Of a stretch of 32,067 bases of DNA, positions 1 to 10,300 are shown one piece after another; the first letter of the stretch is position 1; each line of letters begins with the position of its first letter. The stretch is from Dirinaria sp. TL-2023a. Lineage: Eukaryota. Where the stretch lies: contig JAVEBF010000087.1 in assembly GCA_051941275.1 (NCBI GenBank), forward strand, positions 1-32,067. Reading direction: 5' to 3'. The notes under the pieces were generated by a model. The model saw nothing but the letters and a program-made list of their open reading frames with translations. It was not told the origin of the DNA and made no database searches. The translations under genes were made by a program, and so were the position numbers.

Positions 1-20
1 GAATGGGGGGAAGATGGTAC

Positions 21-1628
21 CGAGAGCCGGGGAGATGCGGAGGGATTCGAGCGTAGAATAGTGTAGTAGCGTGGTTTGCGAGGTGAGGTAGGTGGTGGAT
101 TGGGACGGGTGGTTGTGCTGCTGGTGCTGGTGCTGGTGCTGGTGCTGCTGGGCGAATTCGGACCGGAGAAGGGTTTGGAAGGTGGAGTTGGCGGAGAGGT
201 TGATCAGCTGGAAGCCGAGGACTGTGCCGGTAATGTCGATGTTTGTGAAGAGGATCTCGTCGAGACTTTGGGTGTACTGGTGGAGGGAGGGGGATATGGA
301 TGTTAGCTTTACCCGACGCAGTTCGTGGGTTGGGGGAGGGGAAGGATTCGGGAACTGAGTTGGCTTTACCTCCATCATGCTCATGTCACCCCTTTCAACC
401 GCTCTGTAGATACGCTCCGCTGGGCAGGAGTGGTTCTTCTGTGAATCAGGTCTTAGTAACAGTACGCTTGTCGCACTCTCGCTGAGACAAGTGGCTGCTA
501 TACTTCTCGTGCACCTTGGATGATGCGTAGGTTGAGCTTCTCCCATTCTGAAAGGAAGCTGTTCATCTGCCGCCTGAACTTGGTGGGCAGCACGTTGAAC
601 CATGCAGAAGTGAGTGGCTTGCCGAAGATGGCCGCTCCCATCAGATTGTCGTGGTGTTCGCTGAGCTTGATGATTTCGAGGAAGTCCTGTGCAACCCCTC
701 AGTACGTGTAGTCATGGCTGGATATATCTGAATTACTGACCGCTTCATCGAAGGCTTCGCCGTATATGGTCAAAGCGATTAAGCGTAGGGTTATCTGTTT
801 GGAGGCTTTCATCATATCCTCTACAAAGGCACCGTTGGGTTTTTGTGCAATCGGGTCCTTGGGCAGGTCGTCGAGCCAGTTATTGATATGCTTTGAGAAC
901 AGCGAAACCATGTTCGTGCTAACTTGAAAAGAAAACTCAGGGTCGAAATGTCTTCTCATCGACTTCCACTTCTGCCCATTTTGCAAGCCAATACATACTC
1001 CAAGAAGCCTAGACGGAAATGATTTAATACGGCCCTGGCTGTATCGAGCAAAGACGCTGGAAATCAAGCTTACCTGCCGAAATAGTCGCCAAAATTCAAA
1101 TTTGGGGGCTTGAAATGGTCTAGCATTGCACTTAACAATTCCGTTCAGGCCCACATTCACATAAGAAATCGGACCTTGCTCGGCTTTGCGCAGATAGTCT
1201 TGGAGCTGGTCGGATGAGAACAGGACCAACTCCTTGACAGATTCCATTTGAACCATATAAGGATCATCTCCTGCCAGTGTTCTCCCTTCCTGGGAGAGCT
1301 CTTGACTGTGAGCAGCTTAGCTTTGCGTGTTCCAGGATGGAGCTGGAGTCATCCGTACGCGTGGGTAAATCGCTTGAACCGTGTGTCACCCTTCAACTGC
1401 TTGATTCTCCCTCCATGTTCATTCTTAAAATTATCATTTCCCTTCATCCCCGTCACTATGTCTTAATCCCATAAGGGTTTGGATCTTTCTTACGCGAATA
1501 ACTTGAACCGCGCTGCGTGAAAACAGTCCAGCAAGAAGCAAACCAATTCCGATTGCTAGATAGAGCTGGGTTCCTGTCTGAATCGAGGGCACGATGGACA
1601 GAAACCAGATGCTATCTTCCGATCGCAT
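21..1628 (-). CDS. Cytochrome P450 monooxygenase, 3' end truncated by the window edge; resembles the TenA/ApdE pyridone-pathway P450 class
   Basis: Hand-spliced exons 1628-1494, 1423-1359, 1305-1175, 1119-1074, 1008-741, 686-504, 438-370 and 276-21, with GT..AG introns and consistent phases (intron 1 acceptor least certain). N-terminal hydrophobic anchor (LYLAIGIGLLLAGLF), C-helix WKSMRRHFDPEF, I-helix LDEILFTNIDITG (226-261), K-helix ExxR = ESLR (37-48). The heme Cys lies outside the window. Subfamily likeness is from recall, not a search. Confidence 0.88.
115..150 (-). repeat. (CAGCAC)n hexanucleotide microsatellite inside a P450 exon, encoding a Gln-His run
   Basis: Plus strand gtgctgctggtgctggtgctggtgctggtgctgctg; in the P450 frame it reads QQHQHQHQHQQH. 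Confidence 0.9.
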
Positions 1629-2343
1629 GATGAGTATTAAGACGACAGTGCACGGCTAATGAACAGACGTAGGAAAGAGCGTGAAAGCAATAAGCTATGC
1701 ACCACAGGTCGAACCTTTAATCGGGAGAGAAGGCTAAGAGGTAGGACGTGCTGAGCCTTCCTCCACTAGCCATCATGAATGAGGAGATAATTACTCGAAT
1801 CGACTTCCTCAGCGAACATTGACCGAGAAGGCCGAGACAGCGTCTCCGATCGATGTAATAAAGCGAGCCCCCCCACATAAACTAAAATCTCACTTCAGGC
1901 GTACCCGCACGGGATCTTTCTCTGAGTAGGCGTCGAGGGCAGAGGCTGATTTTCAGGGTCCGGTGGTGCCGTACAACGGTGCAAGGTACGAGTTGTACCT
2001 TTACTCGTACATGGCGCCTTCCATGCCGCCGTAGCTTTTCGGGTCGCTTCTATATCGTACACGTGGCTGTCTAGACGCCTTACGACCTTGCATCTGCGGT
2101 GAGACGGGTGGTTGCAGCTCGGAAGGATTTTCGTCGCATGTCATCACGCAATCAATTGCGCGCGTACAAACACGCAGGACCCCACGGATGATTGGATCGA
2201 TGCGACGATAGCTCAGGTTGGTGGTACCTCATGTATCTGCACATAGAATATGGAAGCGACGAGGAGAGCGGAGTAGTACGATACAAGTAGAGCAGCGAAG
2301 TCAATATTGTGCTAGCGCTCCTCAGATCGGCATACTCGTATTC

Positions 2344-2456
2344 ACCTACTTTGTTGCGAGGGTTAGGGTTATCCCAGCAAGAAACCATAACCCTAAGTAA
2401 GGTAGGGTTGGAAGAATTTTGGTGGGTGCAACCCTAACCCTCGCAACAAAGTAGGT
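2344..2456. mobile_element. 113-bp inverted-repeat (MITE-like) element containing telomere-like TTAGGG/CCCTAA units
   Basis: Perfect 27-bp inverted repeat: acctactttgttgcgagggttagggtt (2344-2370) and aaccctaaccctcgcaacaaagtaggt (2430-2456). The 59-bp spacer has an inner AACCCTA..TAGGGTT stem. TA dinucleotides at 2347-2348 and 2452-2453 could be a target-site duplication. The repeat is certain; mobility is inferred. Confidence 0.5.
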
Positions 2457-2645
2457 AGGTGACCGCGATGTCGCGTCTCCTCAGCGCCCTCACCCTAAAA
2501 TAACCCTACAACGCAGTTCTCGTACTGTATTCATAACATCCACATGTAGATACTTGGACGCCTCGCCCCCCTCTCCCAACCCCTTTCAATTCTGGTCTCT
2601 GGACTCCACTGCCTGACTGATCACACGCTCACAACGTGACAACAG

Positions 2646-3855
2646 TCAATCATGATCCGGTGCAACCGCTTCCTTGACTTGCAGGGGCCCGCTAACCTCA
2701 TACACCAGTTTGACTCCCGATACCAGACCTTTCCGCACTCGATCGACACCGCCTCTGACCCCGGCCAGTCCACCCGTCTTCGTCTCGAGCGTGTGCGACA
2801 CAATCAATCCCTTGTCGAGCAATTCCTGCGCCACCTGAAACCACTTCTCGGCGAATTCGCGGTCTTGGGGTCTGGCCTCGCGCTCAAAGGGCCGTTGCCA
2901 CTTGACCGGCTTGTTGAAAATGGTGAACGCGATGATCCAGCTGGGTTTCACGCTCCGACGCGTGTGCGCCCGGATGGGAAATGGATCGAGTGCGACGTAT
3001 CGACCGCCTTTGCTGCCGATAGCATCGTAACACGTCTTCATCGACGACGTGTCCGTGATGCAGTCCAAGGCGTATTTTAAAGAGTTATCCGTGTATGCCC
3101 GGATGTCCTCTCCGCAACTGGAGGAGTGGTAGTCAAAAGCCTCGGCAGCTCCGAGTGACTTGGCGAGCTTGAACCGGCGCGGAGAGCATGTGACAACCGG
3201 TATCATGCCAGACCTGTGAGGGGGAAAAGGATTAGCATTGGAGAAGATGGTCTACCATTCACTCGCCTCGCCTTGACAAGGCAATGCCTGTCGAAACCCA
3301 ACTGCTTATTCCCACTTACGTCCGGATCATCTGGATGGCCAATGTCCCAGTGGCAGTTCCCCCGCCATGCACCAGAACGAAACCTGGCTGCGCAGCTTCC
3401 AGCCCTGGCCACGGTAGTTTCAGGGTGTTATAGAGCGCCATTCCTACCGTTGTCAGACCGACACCTAGTGATGCTGCCTCTTGGAAAGACATTGCTGGCG
3501 GTATCCTGAACACGAGATCTCCCGGCACCGCAAGGAATTCGGCAAAGGCTCCATTTTCAACTTCTTCAGGGTTGTTTCCAAACACGCAACCGCACACTCG
3601 GTCGCCAAGCGAAAGCTCTTGCTTGATAGCAGGGCCTACGGAGGTCACTTCCCCTGCAAAGTCACAGCCCAATGTGGCTCCTGGAGTTGGCGACAAATCT
3701 GCCGACTTCCCATCCACAGGATTAACCGCTACGCAAACGACTCGAACCAGAACCTCATCAATCTGAGGAGCTGGAATGGGGCACGAGGTGGCAAGCTCGA
3801 GCTTTCCAAGGCCCCGTATCTTGATCGCTTTTTGCTTTGTTGGTATCATAGACAT
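2646..3855 (-). CDS. Trans-acting enoyl reductase (LovC/TenC/ApdC family, zinc-free MDR), 367 aa
   Basis: Exons 3855-3320 and 3213-2646, intron 3319-3214 (GTAAGT..CACAG). Motifs [29 protein letters not shown] (NADPH-binding), [22 protein letters not shown]. Divergent from the PKS-NRPS. Confidence 0.95.
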
Positions 3856-4378
3856 TCTGATATATTTATGGATTCATATGAAAAGGTTCGCCTGGAAAGA
3901 AGCAGGGACGGATGTCTATTTTGAATTAATTAGGACTAGGACCTGCGTGAAAAGGATCCAAGTGCCCGGTAGTAGTTCAGCAGCCTACTCGCTCGGGATT
4001 TGCCAAAATGCCGGAGCTCATCTAGGCTTGACACATACGTTATAAAATCTGTTGAAAGCGTGTTACGCGAGCACGAAGGAATAATGCGATCCTCGACCCA
4101 TACTCACGTCAGCAAGCGAGGTCTACTGAGGCTGAAGTTGACCAGTCCAGCCGGAGGATTCGGTCTTTCCCTGCAAATGGCCGAATGTAACATATCAAAG
4201 CTAGGATCTTGAAAAATGTATACATAACCATCGGTCCCATAAGGCGTATGGAGACTTACTCTCCTTTGATATTTTTGATGCTATCAGTCTTCACCTTCTT
4301 TTTCATCCAGCAAACATGATTTAAATTCAGGCGGCCATACCTTTCTTTAGAGATTACTTTGAACAAGGTCATCCCATC
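3856..4378. promoter_or_regulatory. Divergent (bidirectional) promoter region shared by the trans-ER and the PKS-NRPS
   Basis: 523 bp between head-to-head start codons (3855 minus, 4379 plus). No specific binding site was established. Confidence 0.6.
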
Positions 4379-7300
4379 ATGGTCACTACCAAAGAGCCTA
4401 TTGCCATTGTTGGTTCTGCGTGTCGCTTGCCGGGTGGTTCTAGTTCCCCCTCAAAGTTATGGGACCTTCTACAGAGTCCTCGCGATATCTTGAGCGATTT
4501 TCCCAAGGAAAGATTAAATCTGTCTAGCTTTCACAACATAAATGGCGAACATCATGGCAGCACAGACGTCAAAAACAAGTCGTACATCTTATCAGAGGAT
4601 CCTCGCTTTTTCGACGCTTCGTTCTTCAATATCAACCCTAGGGAGGCCGACGGTATAGATCCACAGCAGCGTCTACTTCTGGAAACATGCTACGAAGCTT
4701 TGGAATCCGCTGGCTGTACGCTCGATCAGATACGTGGGTCTCTTACCTCAGTCTTCGTAGGTAGTATGACCAACGACTACTACGACATCCAAATCCGTGA
4801 CACGGAGACAATGCCAACGTACAGCATAACCGGTACCGCTCGGAGTTTTCTATCCAACCGTATCTCATACTTTTTCGACTTGAAAGGAGAATCTATGACT
4901 ATCGATACTGCGTGTTCGAGCTCGTTGGTTGCATTACATCAGGCTGTGCAAAGTATGCGTAACGGTATCTCTAATAATTCCATTGTGGCCGGATCAAATA
5001 TCCTCCTCGACCCTGGAACGTATATAGGAGAGTCTAAACTTCACATGCTCTCGCCTGATAATCGCTCTAAGATGTGGGATAAGTCTGCCAATGGCTATGC
5101 GCGAGGGGAAGGTGTAGCTGCCCTTTTCTTAAAACCTCTGAGCCTCGCGGTCCGAGACGGCGACTACGTCGAATGTCTCGTGCGAGAGACATACGTCAAC
5201 TCAGACGGCCGCACAAAGGGTATAACAATGCCTAGTGCCACAGCACAAGCAGCCTTAATTCGCCGCACATATAAAAATGCAGGATTAGACCCATTAGTCG
5301 ATCGCTGCCAGTATTTTGAGTGTCACGGAACCGGCACCCAAGCAGGGGATCCCCAGGAAGCACAAGCCATCCAAGAAGCTTTTTTTCCAACAGCCAGTAA
5401 TCAGCAATATCCCGATGACAAACTTTATGTCGGATCCATAAAAACTGTGTTGGGCCATACCGAGGGGTGTGCAGGCCTGGCAGGAGTCCTTAAAGCATCA
5501 TTAGCCCTACAAAACCAGACTATTCCGCCGAACTTGCATTTCAAGGAGCTAAGCCCTGCAGTAGCTCCGTATTACGGCAGCCTTCAGCTTGCCACAGATC
5601 CGACCCCGTGGCCAAAAACTCTTGGTACACCTTCAAGGGCAAGTGTCAACAGCTTTGGTCTGGGTGGAACGAATGCTCATGCCATCCTGGAAGCCTATCA
5701 ACGAGAAAATGAAGGAGGGTCCCACAAGTCCTGTTCCCCTGAGTCTGATCTGGAAGAACGCTTTGTGGGACCTTTGACATTTTCAGCTAAGACTAAATCG
5801 TCCCTCAATGCAACTGTACAAGAGTTCACGAATTTCATCAAGCTCAATCCTCACGTCGAATTAAAGGCTTTGACACATGTTCTATCAAGCAGAAGGAACG
5901 AATATAAAGTCAGGGCTTTCTTCTCCGGCGCAACGCGGCAGCGGCTTCTCGATTGCATGGGCAAGTATGTCGAAACACCGGAAGCTGGTGGCGACGAAGC
6001 GATAACGCAGCTGCTCAAGAGTCACCCAGAAGAGATCCCTGGTACGCTCGGCATCTTTACAGGCCAAGGCGCACAATGGGCGTCAATGGGCAGGCGTTTG
6101 ATAGTTCAATGTCCGCTGTTTCGCAAGTCAATTGAAGAATGTGAAAGCTCCTTGGCTACTCTTCCTGACCCTCCTTTATGGTCTTTGAAGCAGGAGCTCA
6201 TGGCTGCTAAAGAGAACTCGCGCATGGCTGAAGCTGCAATATCTCAACCACTGTGTACCGCCATTCAGGTCGCTCTGGTTGATTTACTTACAGCGGCTGG
6301 GATCAAACTGGACGCTGTAGTTGGCCATTCGTCGGGGGAGATCGCTGCAGCATACGCAGCTGGATTAATTTCCGCGCACGACGCAATACGGATCGCGTAC
6401 TATCGTGGTTTTCATGCGAAGCTCGCTCACGGCCTCAAAGGCGAATCCGGAGCAATGATGGCTGTCGGCCTGCCCATGGATAGCGCAGTGTCGTTTTGCT
6501 CGAGACGCTCGCTATCTGGACGCATAGGCGTTGCAGCAAGCAATGCTCCAGCGATTGTAACACTCTCAGGAGACTCGGCCGCCATTGATGAAGCCAAAGC
6601 GATTCTAGACGAGGAGAAGACTTTTGCAAGACTTCTCAATGTTGATACTGCGTATCATTCCCATCACATGGTACCTTGTGCTGAACCGTACTTAGCCTCT
6701 TTGAAGGCTTGCAACATCAAGGTCATGGCTCAACGGGAAGATTGCATCTGGATATCTAGCGTCCGTGGTGACATTGACCTTCTTGACCGCGACCTACATA
6801 TGCTATCGGGCCCTTATTGGGTCGATAACATGGTGAAACCGGTTCTTTTCTCGCAGGCGGTCGAGTGTTCACTGTGGAATGGTGGGCCGTATGATTTGGT
6901 ACTTGAAATTGGTCCTCACGCAGCGCTCAAGGGGCCCAGCCTGCAAACAATAAAACCAGCAACAGGGATCTCTTTACCCTACGTAGGTGCTCTAAAGAGA
7001 GGTGATGACGACGTTGAAGCATTCTCTAGCGCTATTGGCTATATCTGGTCACACCTCGGAAAATCTTTTGTCAATTTCGAGGGATATCGGAAAGCCTTCG
7101 AAGGTGCGGATTCAATTGAGCCCAAGATGCTGAAAGGGCTACCATCTTATGCATGGGACCACGAAAAGCTCCACTGGACTGAATCTCGCCTTACTCGAAA
7201 CTATCGTCTCAACACAGAAATTTCTCAGGAACTTCTGGGTCGACGGCTTCATGACGATTCTAAAAATGAATCACGCTGGCGAAACTTTCTGAAATTGAAC

Positions 7301-10300
7301 GAGCTGCCATGGCTGCGTGGCCATGAATTCCAAGGGCAAACTCTTTTCCCTGCTGCTGGCTACATCGCAATGGCACTTGAAGCTTCAAGGAAGCTTACAG
7401 ACCAACGCACTGTAAAGCTTATCGAGGTGCATGACTACGCCATACTCGGACCCTTAGTCATAGATGACAACTCATCAGGCGTGGAGACTATCTTCAGTGT
7501 CAGAGCTCCACATGGCAATTCGCGAGCCAAACAAGATGCCGTTATCTACTGCGAGTTTGATTGCTACGCTTGCCATGATGCGCTAGGTGGCTCTTTGATG
7601 AAGAAATGCATGGGTAAGCTACTCATCCATCTCGGTCAATCCTCGTCCGATGAGTTGCCCTCGCGAGTTCCAGGTCCATCAAGCGTTTTGCCTGTGGATA
7701 TGGAAAGGTTCACATCTTCAATTAAAGATGTTGGGCTGAATTATCAGGGCCTCTTCACAGGAATCAAATCATTGAAACGGACTATGGGCCATGCAACAGG
7801 ATCTGCAGCGTGGTCAGATGGCAGCTTCACGCAGGACTATCTGGTTCACCCAGCGTTCTTAGACAGCGGATTTCAGTCTTTATTTGCTGCCTTTAGCTCA
7901 CCTTCTAGCGGAGCGCTTTGGACGACATATCTTCCTGTCTCTATTCGTCGTATTGCTGTGAACCCTGGTGTAAATTTTTATTGCCCTCTAGGCGGGGTGA
8001 AGTTTGACGTCGATGCTTTCATCACTGACACAACCTTCAACTCATTTGTCGGTGACCTACATCTTTTTGATACCAATGGTAACGCTGGCATTCAAGTTGA
8101 AGGATTAGTTATGCGGTCGATCTCCGAGCCCCAAGCATTCAACGACCGTTTACTATTTACAGAGACTGTTTGGGGAGCAGATATCTCTTACAGCCTGGAA
8201 GGCCTAGAAGAGCCACGGGGTACGGACGGAGAAAATATTACTGAAAGATCTGGGCTCGCTTCTCTCAATGGATACATTGCACGAGTGGTCAGAAGGATTA
8301 CTTACAAATATCCGCAAGCAAAAATACTGGAGATTGGTACCGGCCTTGGAGATACAACCACATGTGTGTTGGACATGGTCAACCATGGATTTTCTTCTTA
8401 CGAGAAAGTAGGCGAAGAGATTGCTAAGCCACACGGCAAACTTTCCTTCCCTTCGCTTGATATAGGTAAAGACGTTGCTGATCAAGGTTTTACTCCTTAC
8501 TCCTACGACATTATCATTGCTTCCAACGCCTTTCGTAAAGCTTCGAATTTGGGTGACAAATTGCAGCATACAAGAACTCTCTTGAAGCCTGGTGGCTATC
8601 TGATTGTTTTAGACCTTACAGATGACCTTTCGTCCATGGATTGGGACGAACTCTTGCAGGCCAAAGCTTTCTCTGGTGTCGATAACGTTGTCCATTACAC
8701 ACCAGATTCTAGCAATGGCTGTTGCTCGGTAATTGTCTCTCAGGCTATTGACGATCGCTTCAACCTGATTCGCGATCCTCTTGCCTCTATTGCATCCATA
8801 TCGATGAAGGAACCCTTGCTGATCATTGGTGGAAGGACGTTGCTTATCGCTAGGCTGATCCGTGAAGCCAAGAAATTGCTAAGTCCATGGGGAAAGCAAA
8901 TCACCGTTGTCAAAACTGTCGATGATCTAAGCCAGCAACATCTAGCAACGAGAGCGTCGGTCATAAGCTTGACAGAGCTAGAAGGGCCTTTATTTGCAGA
9001 TACTATGACCACTGCTCGGTTGGAGACTTTGAAGTCACTTTTCAGTCAAGCTACCAACGTCCTTTGGGCCACTGCGGGTCGATTGTCACAGAACCCTCTG
9101 TCTAATATGACTGTTGGACTTGGTCGTGCTCTGTTGATTGAGATACCCCAACTGAACTTGCAATTTCTAGACAGCGGTATGGCTGCTCACCCTAGCTCTA
9201 GGACAGTCGTCGAATCATTCCTCCGACTCCTACTCCACAAGTCTCAAGCATTCAGTAAATATGACATGCTCTGGACAACAGAACCCGAGATTGCTCTCGA
9301 TGGTGATCAAGTGCTTATTCCTCGTGTTGTCATTGACAAGGCGAGAAATGACAGATTCAATGCTTCGCATCGGCTTGTTACCCACGAAGTTGATGCCAAA
9401 GCGGATCCTGTCGTTGTATCCTCTTTCAAAGACTCGCTTACTATGCGGACTATTAACTTAGTTGACCGTCAGAGTGATGCTGAATATACGCATATAGACA
9501 CAGCCTACTCGATATCCATACCCGCAAAGGATCGAGGGGCGCCTGTTCTGAGCCTTGGCACTAAGCATGGAACTAAAGAGAAAGTGCTTGCAATATCAGG
9601 GTCGCATTCTTCGGCGGTCGATGTTCCTTCTAATGAAGCATTTACTTTGAAGCAAGATGAGCAGAGCCTTAGCCCAGAGAACCTAAAAGCCATTGCCAAT
9701 CAGCTGTTCATAACTGCGCTCCTATCCGAAATCCCTGCTCATTGCTCGGTGCTATTTTATGAGCCAGATGAATCGCTCGCAGCAGCGCTCACGAAAGACA
9801 TGCGGTGGCAGGAGCGAGAGCTTTTCTTTTCTTCATCGAAGCAACTTCCTTTGCCAAAGGCATGGATTCGAATCCATCCACAGATTTCCGATCGGGCTTT
9901 AAAGGATGTCTTGCCAAGCGGTATAAGATACCTCGTTGATTTTTCGAGCGTTCACGACGAAGCGGCAACCTTGCTGAAGAATAGTCGCTCTGTCTGCTCA
10001 CTCGACACAACATTTCTGATGAGAAATTGCCAAAAGCTTCTTTCAGATGCCTACTATGCCGTCCAACACAGAGACAAATTGCAACCGCAGAAAGCTGACG
10101 TCGAAACCATCATACCAGCGCAGAATCTAGCTGGAGCTCCTGTGGCATCAAACTTGTATCCAGAAATTGTGGACTGGACGCATTCTAATCACTTCAACGT
10201 TGCTGTTCAGCCCCTGGAGCCATCTCATCTATTCTCTGGCAGCAAAACTTACTTCCTTGTTGGTTTGACTGGGGACTTAGGGCGGTCACTTTGCCGTTAT

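Noticed and set aside
76..358. Plus-strand ORFs with VLVLVL and CWCWCW repeats
   Set aside because: They are antisense readings of the P450 exon and its CAGCAC microsatellite.
2361..2508. TTAGGG/CCCTAA as a true telomere or chromosome-fusion site
   Set aside because: Only one or two units per site, embedded in an inverted repeat within gene-dense DNA.
2652..3924. Plus-strand ORFs of 142, 97 and 147 aa
   Set aside because: They are antisense shadows of the trans-ER exons and carry no motifs.
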